Below, in pieces: positions 36,722 through 45,485 of a DNA stretch of 64,000 nt; the stretch's first letter is position 1, and each line of letters begins with the position of its first letter. The stretch lies in IMG/VR virus record IMGVR_UViG_3300020450_000008. One strand, 5' to 3'. Under the pieces are notes generated by a model. The model saw only the letters and a list, made by a program, of their open reading frames with translations, did no database searches and was not told where the DNA came from. The stretch comes from a virus (taxonomy: Duplodnaviria > Caudoviricetes). Made by a program: the position numbers and the translations under genes.

Positions 36722-37914
36722 GCTTTGCAAGTATAGTGCCACTCATAGGTGGTGAAACAATAGCAATGCAAAATGTATCAGGTAAAAAACCAGAATACAT
36801 ATTAAGCTATTCAGCGTTTGAAGCAAATGATAACCAATTAGTTGAATACTATGATAACAAAGTACCATACTATCATTTAGATGGTAATATGCCAAAAAGT
36901 TTACCAACTGTAGAGTCTGTCAATACTGTTTGTCCTTGTGCTGGATTAAGCAGTCTTTCTCCAGTTGCTGGTACAAATAATAGTAATAATGATTGGATGA
37001 GTAAAACAGCTAAACATGTTTTAGAACATATCAATCCTAAAGTGTTTTGGGGAGAAAACGCTCCAAGACTTGCAAGTAAAATGGGTGAGCCTATAGTTAA
37101 AAATCTTAGAAAAATTGGAAGTGACAATGGATACACATTTTCAATATATAAAACAAAATCAATATTACATGGATTAAGTCAGGTAAGAGATAGAACCTTC
37201 TATTTCTTTTGGAAAGGAGATAAGATTCCACGCTTACCTTATATTCACAGAAATTACGAGCGTATTGAAGATACCATTAGAAATACAAAGCTTAAAAAAG
37301 ATGATCCAATGAATATTCCAGTAAATAGTAAGGCTCCTACAGATAATCCTTTTTATAAGTATGTACTAGAGGAGATAGAAGGTGGTATAACACATTCAGA
37401 ATTTCAAGAAAAAATAGAGCGTAGTACCAATCCTTTAGAAGAAATAGAGAGAGCCGGTATAAAATATCGTACTGTAGGCGAGTGGATGACTAAAAAAGGC
37501 TATGATAGAGAAGCAGAAAAGTGTAAAAGAATGCATGATAAATTAGCATCAGGTGGTAACATAATGCGTAAAACTACTGAAATACCAAAAGATTATATTG
37601 GAGCTTTTGTTGGTCATATGCCAACATCACTAACACATCCTGATGAAGATAGGTATCTTACAGTAAGAGAATGTTTATCAATCATGAAATTACCTGATGA
37701 TTTTATGTTACAAGGTGGTCTTAAAAATCTTAATCATATTTGCCAAAACGTTCCTGTGACTACGGCAGAAGATATGGCCACTAGTGTTCATGCTTTTGTA
37801 GAGGGAAGGCTTGATAACCAGATGATTGATACAAAATTTTTAGTACAAGATAACAAAAATAAGTCATTGGATTATCAAAGAGAAAGCATGCAACTAGATG
37901 AGTTTATGGTATAG
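36718..37914 (+). CDS. C5-cytosine methyltransferase-fold protein with degenerate SAM-binding motif I
   Basis: PLIGG (motif I variant), CPCAGLS (IV), GENAP (VI), QVRDRTF (VIII), RYLTVRECLSIMKLPDDF (IX), QNVP (X). Confidence 0.75.
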   Translation: MSFASIVPLIGGETIAMQNVSGKKPEYILSYSAFEANDNQLVEYYDNKVPYYHLDGNMPKSLPTVESVNTVCPCAGLSSLSPVAGTNNSNNDWMSKTAKHVLEHINPKVFWGENAPRLASKMGEPIVKNLRKIGSDNGYTFSIYKTKSILHGLSQVRDRTFYFFWKGDKIPRLPYIHRNYERIEDTIRNTKLKKDDPMNIPVNSKAPTDNPFYKYVLEEIEGGITHSEFQEKIERSTNPLEEIERAGIKYRTVGEWMTKKGYDREAEKCKRMHDKLASGGNIMRKTTEIPKDYIGAFVGHMPTSLTHPDEDRYLTVRECLSIMKLPDDFMLQGGLKNLNHICQNVPVTTAEDMATSVHAFVEGRLDNQMIDTKFLVQDNKNKSLDYQRESMQLDEFMV

Positions 37915-37922
37915 GAGATAAA

Positions 37923-38861
37923 ATGAAAATATTAATAACAGGACAAGCTGGATTTATAGGTTTCCATGCCGCTATTGGATTTAAAAATGATGGTTGGGAA
38001 GTACATGGTATTGATAACTTCAATGATTATTATGATGTAAAACTGAAAAGAGATAGAGCTACTATTCTTCAAGATTTAGGAATTTCTACTATTGATGATA
38101 CCATTGAAAATTTTAATAAAATAGATTTTCCAGAATATGATTTAATACTACATTTAGCCGCTTATACAAATCCCAGACACGCTTTAAAAACTCAACAACC
38201 TTATATTGATACTAATATTACAGCAACTCAAAGAATAATTGATGTAGCACAAGATAAAGGAACACCAGTTGTATACGCTTCAAGCAGTTGCGTCATGCTA
38301 GGACAACCACTTCCTTGGAATGAAACCGATAGACCACAACATCAAAACAATCCTTATGGTTGGTCAAAGCATGTCAATGAATGCCAATTTAAACACTCAA
38401 CTGTTGTAAGATCTGCTGGATTGAGATTCTTTACGGTTTATGGTCCTTATGGAAGACCTGATATGGCACTGTTTTCTTTTACAAGATCGATAGTAAAAGA
38501 TGAAGGAATAGTTTTATATAACTACGGCGATATGAAAAGAGACTTTACTTACGTAGATGATATTATCCAAGGTATAAAAATAGTTGCAAACAAACTTATG
38601 AAAGATGAAGAAAACTATCATGAGATATATAATATTGGGTATGGTGATCAAGTAGAGTTAATTGACTTCGTTGATCATATTGAAAAGAATCTTGGTAGAA
38701 AGACCGAAAGAAAATTAGAACCAATGCATCCTGCAGATGCAAAAGAAACTTGGTCAGATACTACAAAGCTTCAAGCACTTGGATATAAACCAACAACTCC
38801 TGTACAAATAGGAGTTGCTAAATTCGTTGAATGGTATAAACAATATTATAATGTAAATTAA
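37923..38861 (+). CDS. NAD-dependent sugar-nucleotide epimerase (UDP-glucuronate 4-epimerase-like)
   Basis: TGQAGFIG, YASSS, YGWSK (YxxxK), RFFTVYGPYGRPDMA, RDFTYVDD. Confidence 0.9.
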   Translation: MKILITGQAGFIGFHAAIGFKNDGWEVHGIDNFNDYYDVKLKRDRATILQDLGISTIDDTIENFNKIDFPEYDLILHLAAYTNPRHALKTQQPYIDTNITATQRIIDVAQDKGTPVVYASSSCVMLGQPLPWNETDRPQHQNNPYGWSKHVNECQFKHSTVVRSAGLRFFTVYGPYGRPDMALFSFTRSIVKDEGIVLYNYGDMKRDFTYVDDIIQGIKIVANKLMKDEENYHEIYNIGYGDQVELIDFVDHIEKNLGRKTERKLEPMHPADAKETWSDTTKLQALGYKPTTPVQIGVAKFVEWYKQYYNVN

Positions 38862-39031
38862 TGGCGTTATTATATCTCATATTCATGGGATTCGTTATAT
38901 TAACTTTGCTATGGGTAGGACTACTTATAATAATATGGGTATTATCTATTTCATTCGCTATAGCTTATTATATCGTTTTACCAGTGATAGCAATATTACT
39001 AATACTAATTATGATTGGATCAATTTTTTGA
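38861..39031 (+). CDS. Very hydrophobic 56-aa peptide (not in ORF track)
   Basis: MALLYLIFMGFVILTLLWVGLLIIIWVLSISFAIAYYIVLPVIAILLILIMIGSIF; TAATG overlap with the epimerase stop. Confidence 0.4.
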   Translation: MALLYLIFMGFVILTLLWVGLLIIIWVLSISFAIAYYIVLPVIAILLILIMIGSIF

Positions 39032-39060
39032 TTTACATTTTGATGAAAATATTATATAAT
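39032..39060 (+). promoter_or_regulatory. Early/middle promoter TTTACA-N17-TATAAT (uvsX)
   Basis: Exact motif. Confidence 0.7.
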
Positions 39061-39088
39061 ATAATATATGACAAAATAGGAGAACTGC

Positions 39089-40126
39089 ATGTCGATAATG
39101 GATAAACTCAAAAAGAACTCAAAGCTAAGTCATACCGAAGTTCTTTCAGAGTCTAAATTTTTTACAGAAAAAGATATGGTAACAACTGACGTACCTATGT
39201 TAAACGTTGCTCTATCTGGTTCTGTTGAAGGTGGCTTAGCACCAGGACTTACTGTATTAGCGGGTCCATCAAAACATTTTAAAACTTCCTTTGCATTAAT
39301 GATTGCTTCATCGTATCTTAAAAAATATCCTGAAGCCGTAATGCTATTTTACGATTCAGAGTTTGGTTCACCACAATCTTACTTTCAGCAATTTGAAATT
39401 GATACGTCAAGAGTTTTGCATACACCTATTACAAATGTAGAAGAACTTAAATTTGATCTTATAGGTCAACTTGAAAATCTTGATCGTAATGATAAAGTTA
39501 TTGTTGTTATAGATTCGATAGGTAACCTAGCATCTAAAAAAGAAATGGAAGATGCACTTAATGAAAAGTCTGTTGCGGATATGTCTAGGGCAAAAGCGCT
39601 TAAAGGTTTATTTAGAATGACCACTCCATATCTTGCAATGAAGAATATTCCTTTACTAGCTGTTAACCATACCTATATGGAAATAGGTTTATTTCCTAAA
39701 GCTGTTGTTGGTGGTGGTACTGGTATTTACTATTCTGCAGACAATATCTGGATCATTGGTCGTCAACAGGATAAGAAAGGTACTGAAATTAGAGGTTACC
39801 ATTTCGTAATTAATGTAGAAAAATCAAGATATGTAAAAGAAAAATCTAAAATTCCAATATCAGTTACTTGGGAAGGTGGCGTATCTAAATTTTCTGGATT
39901 ACTTGATGTAGCTCTTGCTGGTGGACATGTTGTAAAACCATCAATGGGTTGGTATCAGCGAAAAGGTGACGAAGGTAAAGTGCGTGAGGCTGGAACTTTG
40001 GAAGAAAGTTTTTGGGAGCCAATCTTTAAGGATACTGACTTTAAAGAGTTTATAAAGAAGCAATATTCTATTGGATATACCGCACCTGTTGATATGGAAG
40101 AGATTGCTGAAGATGCAGTTGCTTGA
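39089..40126 (+). CDS. uvsX: RecA-like recombinase UvsX
   Basis: AGPSKHFKT, FYDSEFG, IDSIGNLASKKE, GGGTGIYYSAD, VEKSRYVKEKSKIP. Confidence 0.96.
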   Translation: MSIMDKLKKNSKLSHTEVLSESKFFTEKDMVTTDVPMLNVALSGSVEGGLAPGLTVLAGPSKHFKTSFALMIASSYLKKYPEAVMLFYDSEFGSPQSYFQQFEIDTSRVLHTPITNVEELKFDLIGQLENLDRNDKVIVVIDSIGNLASKKEMEDALNEKSVADMSRAKALKGLFRMTTPYLAMKNIPLLAVNHTYMEIGLFPKAVVGGGTGIYYSADNIWIIGRQQDKKGTEIRGYHFVINVEKSRYVKEKSKIPISVTWEGGVSKFSGLLDVALAGGHVVKPSMGWYQRKGDEGKVREAGTLEESFWEPIFKDTDFKEFIKKQYSIGYTAPVDMEEIAEDAVA

Positions 40127-40424
40127 AGAAAATGTTGATTATGAGTTCATAGCAACTGATGAAGATGTTAGTAAGTGGCGTGTAAGAATGCTTACTGGAC
40201 CATATCCTGAAACAATAATATCTTTTGGTAAAGTTACGGCATTTGAAAATGAAACAAATGAAGATGCAACTCTTAAATTTGATTTCATTATACACTATAG
40301 TCCAGATGAAATGCTTACAGATAAAGATGCCGGTCTTCAACAAGCCGCTGGAAATATTTTAGTAGCTATACTTGAAAGTTCAATGGTGGGAAAAGAAATA
40401 TTTACTACAAGCGAGGATAAATGA
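40113..40424 (+). CDS. gp40: Head vertex assembly chaperone-like protein (gp40 position)
   Basis: Between uvsX and gp41 as in T4; acidic ~103 aa; ATG 40113. Confidence 0.55.
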   Translation: MQLLEENVDYEFIATDEDVSKWRVRMLTGPYPETIISFGKVTAFENETNEDATLKFDFIIHYSPDEMLTDKDAGLQQAAGNILVAILESSMVGKEIFTTSEDK

Positions 40425-41806
40425 ATACAAATATAGAACAAGTAGTTCTAAAGAACATTCTCACTAATGAGAAATATATGCGAAAGGTTCTACCTTTTGT
40501 AAAACCAGATTACTTTGAAGGAACATATAAGATTCTCTTCAAAGAAGCAGGTAAGTTTGTTGGAAAGTATAATAAACTTCCGACAGCTGAAGCCTTCAAG
40601 ATTGAGATTGATAATGCTGATTCTTTTAACGAAGAGCAATATAGACATGCAGTCGAGATTATTCCTAACCTTTTCGAAGAAGAAAAAGCCGATGAACAAT
40701 GGCTCTATGAAAGTACTGAAAAGTGGTGCCAAGATAGAGCGCTATATAATGCAGTCATGGAATCAATCTCAATCATTGATGGTAAACATACTAAATTAAC
40801 AAAGAACGCTCTGCCAGAAATATTAACAAAAGCTTTAGGAGTTTCTTTTGATACTAATGTAGGTCATGATTATATTGAAAATGCAGATTCACGATATGAT
40901 TTTTATCATAGAGATGAAGAACGTATTCCTTTTGATTTAGAATATTTTAATCTTATAACAAAAGGTGGTCTTCCTAATAAAACACTTAATATATGTCTTG
41001 CAGGTACTGGTGTTGGTAAATCTTTATTCATGTGTCATTGCGCCGCATCTGCAATGAGTCAAGGACGTAACGTTCTTTATATCACGATGGAAATGGCTGA
41101 AGAACGCATTGCTGAAAGAATTGATGCTAATTTGCTTGATTGTCCTATTGATCAATTACCAAACCTATCAAAAGAAATGTTTGCAGATAGAGTCTATAAA
41201 TTATCTACAAGAACAAATGGTAAATTAATTATTAAAGAATATCCTACTGGCCAAGCAAGTACTTCACATTTTAGAGCATTACTAAATGAATTAAAACTTA
41301 AGAAGTCTTTTGAACCAGAAATGATCTTTATAGATTATCTAAATATATGTGCTTCATCTAGAATGAAAGGAATGGGCGGTGCAATCAATTCATACAACTA
41401 CATTAAAGCAATTGCTGAAGAGATACGTGGCCTTGCGGTCGAATTTGACGTACCGATCGTCTCTGCAACGCAAACGACTCGTTCGGGTTATAGTAACTCG
41501 GATATTGGGTTGGAAGATACGTCCGAATCTTTTGGATTACCCGCAACTGCTGATCTAATGTTTGCTATTATATCTACTGAAGAATTAGAAAGCATGGGAC
41601 AACTTGCAGTAAAACAATTAAAGAATAGATATAATGACCCCACTTATAAGAAAAGGTTTGTTATAGGTGTGGATAGATCAAAGATGAGATTATTTGATGT
41701 AAATGATTCTGAACAAACTCTAATCGATGACACTCCTGTATTTGATAAGACCCCAACTGGAAAAGCAATAATGGACGAAAAGGCATTCGAAGGATTTAAA
41801 CTTTGA
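40421..41806 (+). CDS. gp41: Replicative DNA helicase
   Basis: AGTGVGKS, ITMEMAEERIAERID, IKEYPT, FIDYLNI, SATQTTRSG, ESFGLPATAD, KQLKNRY. Confidence 0.97.
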   Translation: MNTNIEQVVLKNILTNEKYMRKVLPFVKPDYFEGTYKILFKEAGKFVGKYNKLPTAEAFKIEIDNADSFNEEQYRHAVEIIPNLFEEEKADEQWLYESTEKWCQDRALYNAVMESISIIDGKHTKLTKNALPEILTKALGVSFDTNVGHDYIENADSRYDFYHRDEERIPFDLEYFNLITKGGLPNKTLNICLAGTGVGKSLFMCHCAASAMSQGRNVLYITMEMAEERIAERIDANLLDCPIDQLPNLSKEMFADRVYKLSTRTNGKLIIKEYPTGQASTSHFRALLNELKLKKSFEPEMIFIDYLNICASSRMKGMGGAINSYNYIKAIAEEIRGLAVEFDVPIVSATQTTRSGYSNSDIGLEDTSESFGLPATADLMFAIISTEELESMGQLAVKQLKNRYNDPTYKKRFVIGVDRSKMRLFDVNDSEQTLIDDTPVFDKTPTGKAIMDEKAFEGFKL

Positions 41807-42870
41807 GAGATTTGATTGTAGCTAGCGGCTGTTCTTTTACTGATGAAAAATTCAGGGCAGCTTCTGTTCCGAAAGATTTTCCTGAGCATCTTAGAGGTGG
41901 ATGGAAAATGTGGCCAGAAGTATTTAAAGATAGCCTATCAAAAGCTGATAATTACAAATATGAGCTCATAAACACTGCAGTCTCCGGAGTGGGTTTAGAA
42001 TACGCCTTTGATAGTCTTATAGAATTATTTCATACAAATAAAGATAGATTAAAAGTTATGTTATGGGGTGGAACGGATTGGCTTAGAGTTCCTCACTTTA
42101 CTCGCCATAAACATGGTTGGGGAAACATCAGATATTTTCAAGATGATGCAAACGTGCATATTCCAAAAGAATGGGAAGAAAAAGATAACGTACAAAAAGG
42201 AGCACAGCTTACAATTCACGTTAATAATACTTCGCCATGGCAAAAGTTGGCTGATGGAAAAGTCAAAGTAAAGCTTGCTAAAGAATTAAAAAAATATAGT
42301 GATGATTTTGTAGAGAAAATAAAGAGTCAAGAAAACTTTGGTCCATACTTATTGGAAGTGGCCAGAGATCTTAAAGATATTAACAAATTTCATCATATAG
42401 TAAAAAGATGTATGAATCGAATATTGACTCTAAAAGAATTATGCGAAAAGGAAGGAATCACTTTCATATATATGACTTTATTACCTCCTTTATACACTGG
42501 AGCTCCTATGACAACTGTTGGCGGACTTGAATATGCAATAAACCAAGAAAAAGAAATTAAAATAATTTCTGATGCATCTATTGAATCTTTTAAAAAAATG
42601 TGTGACTCAAAAAATATTTGGGGATTTGATAATAAAAGTTTAAGAGTGGCAATAAGAACGTGGAGTCAGTTTAATATGCATGATTTAATTTCTTCCAATA
42701 CAGAACATTTTAATTGGGACGGGCATCCAAACGAACAAGGACAAAGGAAATTAGGAAATCAAGTTTTTGATCTTTATAATGAAATAGTAAAAGGTGACGA
42801 AAGTTATTCTATTAATCATGCAAGTTTAAAAAGAAGATGGAAAATGAGTAAGGGGTTTGGTAAAAAATGA
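41803..42870 (+). CDS. SGNH-hydrolase-like hypothetical protein
   Basis: ASGCSFT, NTAVSG, DGHPN motifs. Confidence 0.5.
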   Translation: MRDLIVASGCSFTDEKFRAASVPKDFPEHLRGGWKMWPEVFKDSLSKADNYKYELINTAVSGVGLEYAFDSLIELFHTNKDRLKVMLWGGTDWLRVPHFTRHKHGWGNIRYFQDDANVHIPKEWEEKDNVQKGAQLTIHVNNTSPWQKLADGKVKVKLAKELKKYSDDFVEKIKSQENFGPYLLEVARDLKDINKFHHIVKRCMNRILTLKELCEKEGITFIYMTLLPPLYTGAPMTTVGGLEYAINQEKEIKIISDASIESFKKMCDSKNIWGFDNKSLRVAIRTWSQFNMHDLISSNTEHFNWDGHPNEQGQRKLGNQVFDLYNEIVKGDESYSINHASLKRRWKMSKGFGKK

Positions 42871-42977
42871 GTATGTTTATTTTTAGATTAAAATTACTAC
42901 TAAGTAGATTATTTAGACGTAAAGAATATAAATCAGATATTTTTATATACGAACAGGAGGATAAAGATGATAAATGA
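42867..42977 (+). CDS. Small hypothetical peptide (36 aa; not in ORF track)
   Basis: MSMFIFRLKLLLSRLFRRKEYKSDIFIYE...; ATGA-coupled. Confidence 0.35.
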   Translation: MSMFIFRLKLLLSRLFRRKEYKSDIFIYEQEDKDDK

Positions 42978-43152
42978 TTTAACAAGGTTTCAAGTGTTGA
43001 TGGAAGAAATAGCTTATTTAAAAACAAAAATCCAGCCACATGATACTGGTCACATTTATACTACTATAAGTACATTAGAGAATAGAGTTGAAGAAATTAA
43101 AGAAAGAATAGAACCTCAACTAGATAATAGACAAGGGACTTTGTTTGGATAA
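42967..43152 (+). CDS. Small coiled-coil protein
   Basis: GGAGG RBS; LKTKIQPHDTGHIYTTIS.L; ends QGTLFG. Confidence 0.6.
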   Translation: MINDLTRFQVLMEEIAYLKTKIQPHDTGHIYTTISTLENRVEEIKERIEPQLDNRQGTLFG

Positions 43153-43352
43153 TGGCTAATAACTACGGAATGCTTACAGTCTTAGGACTAAAAAGACCAC
43201 CTCAAGGTGATGAAGAATTAGATACAAGAGTTAATATACACACTCTATATAAACATCGATGGGTGTGGTATCACTTGATTCTTTGTATTCAAATGATTTT
43301 AACAAATATACTTTTAGTTGGAATACTAATTGTATTAGCAATAAAACTATAA
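43152..43352 (+). CDS. Small membrane protein
   Basis: 66 aa with C-terminal TM helix. Confidence 0.55.
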   Translation: MANNYGMLTVLGLKRPPQGDEELDTRVNIHTLYKHRWVWYHLILCIQMILTNILLVGILIVLAIKL

Positions 43353-43362
43353 AGGAAATAAT

Positions 43363-43569
43363 ATGCCTGGACAAAATTTTATAAACGGTCCACCCAATCC
43401 ACGTGGAGTAGAAAGAACCACACTAGATGGCAAAATTCGTATAGAAGATCAGACTGAATCTCTAATACTAAAAGTCACTGGATTAAAGTTTTTAGTAGAA
43501 AATCCTAAAGCACCGTTTGTATGGTTTGCAATTGCCATATCCATTATCTTTTATATAGAGGGATTTTAA
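43363..43569 (+). CDS. Small membrane-anchored protein
   Basis: 68 aa with C-terminal hydrophobic segment. Confidence 0.5.
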   Translation: MPGQNFINGPPNPRGVERTTLDGKIRIEDQTESLILKVTGLKFLVENPKAPFVWFAIAISIIFYIEGF

Positions 43570-43836
43570 ATGTTAAGTGACGATAAATTTAAAGATGTTT
43601 ATAACAGATTAATGACTACTGCAAATTCATTAATAGAAGAATATGAAGATGAAGACGAAAACATGCATCTTGTTGTGGCTGGTGTCTTAACAACTATGGG
43701 ATTAAGTATGTACAAATCAATTATGTCAGAAAGAGACTTTGAGAAAATGATGACTCTTATGGTCAGCATGAAAGAAGAAATAAAAACTTACCAAGAAATG
43801 GAAGAAGAACAAGCCGATTCGGAGACATATCATTGA
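43570..43836 (+). CDS. Hypothetical protein
   Basis: 88-aa acidic ORF. Confidence 0.5.
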   Translation: MLSDDKFKDVYNRLMTTANSLIEEYEDEDENMHLVVAGVLTTMGLSMYKSIMSERDFEKMMTLMVSMKEEIKTYQEMEEEQADSETYH

Positions 43837-44702
43837 AAGTAAATTTAGTAGGATATACACAACCAAACGAGGAGTTTGAATATGATTTCACCGATACCCA
43901 AGACTTTATCGCCTTCTGCGCGCGCGTCTCAAATCCGGCCAACCAGAACAACAAAGAAACTAGCAAAAAGCTCATCAAATACCTCATCAAGCATAAACAT
44001 TGGAGTCCCTTCGAAATGGCATCAGCAACGCTCGAAGTTGAAACAACAAGAGACATCGCGAGACAACTCCTCCGTCATAGAAGCTTTAGCTTTCAAGAGT
44101 TTAGTCAGCGCTACGCTGATCCTAATAGTCTTGGTGATATTTTCGTATTGAGAGAAGCTAGATTACAAGATGAAAAAAATAGACAAAATAGTATCAAAAC
44201 AGCCGACGCACAACTTAAAGTTTGGTGGGATGCTAAACAAAAGTTTATTATAGACCAAGTAAAAGAAATATATAGTGAAGCACTAGAAAAAGGGATTGCA
44301 AAAGAACAAGCAAGGTGTATTCTTCCAGAAGGTAATACAACATCTAGATTATATGTTAATGGAACCATACGTTCTTGGATACATTACATTGAATTAAGAT
44401 CTGCTCATGGCACTCAGCTTGAGCACATAGAATTAGCAAAAGCTTGCGTACTAGCAATATCTAAAATTTTTCCAATGATAAGAGAGAATGACATGTCTGA
44501 ATTTGTAAAAGAAATTTCAACGTATTATAAAGAAGATAATAAAGGAAAAGCAGTTGTTTGTGTAAACACAAAAGAAGAATTAGCATTTGTTAACTACTAT
44601 GATGAAAAAGATGAATTCATAAAAACTACATCATTTCCTGATAAATCGGTAAGGTACGCCGAAGACGCGGCAGAAAACTGGGCTCTTGGATACATGGAAT
44701 AG
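43833..44702 (+). CDS. thyX: Flavin-dependent thymidylate synthase ThyX with C-terminal extension
   Basis: ARVS, HWSPFE, RHRSFSFQEFSQRY, R..LP, WIHYIELR; about 70 extra aa after residue ~220. Confidence 0.93.
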   Translation: MKVNLVGYTQPNEEFEYDFTDTQDFIAFCARVSNPANQNNKETSKKLIKYLIKHKHWSPFEMASATLEVETTRDIARQLLRHRSFSFQEFSQRYADPNSLGDIFVLREARLQDEKNRQNSIKTADAQLKVWWDAKQKFIIDQVKEIYSEALEKGIAKEQARCILPEGNTTSRLYVNGTIRSWIHYIELRSAHGTQLEHIELAKACVLAISKIFPMIRENDMSEFVKEISTYYKEDNKGKAVVCVNTKEELAFVNYYDEKDEFIKTTSFPDKSVRYAEDAAENWALGYME

Positions 44703-44745
44703 TGTAACATTTTTATCACAGTATTAAAAATAATTAAATTAACTG

Positions 44746-44774
44746 TTTACAATTCTAGAAATTTATGTTATATT
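44746..44774 (+). promoter_or_regulatory. Early/middle promoter TTTACA-N17-TATATT
   Basis: Variant of the recurring motif upstream of the cell-wall hydrolase. Confidence 0.55.
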
Positions 44775-44803
44775 AAATATAGAATAAAAGGAATGAGGGC
44801 AGT

Positions 44804-45316
44804 ATGATAAAAAAAATAATAGCAGCAGTATTAATTAATGTGTTAGCATTTGGTGGAATAATACACCATGCTCACGCAGAATTTCATGAGATACAAAAAA
44901 GAAATAGTTTAGAATGTTTAGCTATGAATATATACTTTGAAACTAGAGCGTCATCTCTTGCAGATGCTATGGCAGTTTCAGACGTAGTTATGAATAGAGT
45001 TTATAGCAGACATTTTCCAAATAACATCTGTGACGTTATATACCAAGCAGTAAAATACCAAGATGGTAGTCCAAAAAGAAACCAGTGCCAGTTTAGTTGG
45101 TATTGCGATGGAAAAAAAGATATTCCAACAGATGATACTGCCTGGGAAAAGTCACGAAAGTACGCAAGTGACTTCTACGTATACAGTAAATACATAGGTA
45201 TAACTGAAGGTGCAACTCACTATCATGCAACTTATGTAAGACCATATTGGGCTCCAACTCTAGATAGAATAACTAGAATAGGATCTCATATTTTTTATAG
45301 ACAAAAGGGTGGCTAG
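44804..45316 (+). CDS. Cell wall hydrolase, SleB/Hydrolase_2 family
   Basis: CLAMNIYFETR, V..VVMNRV...FPNNICDVIYQ, CQFSWYCDG, GATHYHA.YV.P.W, IGSHIFY; N-terminal signal anchor. Confidence 0.9.
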   Translation: MIKKIIAAVLINVLAFGGIIHHAHAEFHEIQKRNSLECLAMNIYFETRASSLADAMAVSDVVMNRVYSRHFPNNICDVIYQAVKYQDGSPKRNQCQFSWYCDGKKDIPTDDTAWEKSRKYASDFYVYSKYIGITEGATHYHATYVRPYWAPTLDRITRIGSHIFYRQKGG

Positions 45317-45485
45317 TAAACTAACTCCTTGTAAAAATGTTTGTACATTGGAAGATGATATATGTATAGGCTGTGGAAGAACAAAAGAAGAAATAAGTGA
45401 CTGGACTAAATATAATAGAGAAAAAAGATTAATGATTATGAGGAGAATAAAGAATGATGACAGACTACGAACTAAAGCTCGATAA
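45309..45485 (+). CDS. DUF1289-family Cys-rich small protein (not in ORF track)
   Basis: TPCKNVCTLEDDICIGCGRTKEEISDW; GTG start. Confidence 0.7.
   Translation: MASKLTPCKNVCTLEDDICIGCGRTKEEISDWTKYNREKRLMIMRRIKNDDRLRTKAR

Noticed and set aside
38911-39105. 64-aa track ORF before uvsX
   Set aside because: Overlaps a promoter and the better-coupled 38861..39031 frame; no RBS.
44702-44720. CRP/FNR-like palindrome tgtaa...tcaca
   Set aside because: Spacer is 8 nt rather than 6 and one half-site is imperfect; unsupported in AT-rich DNA.
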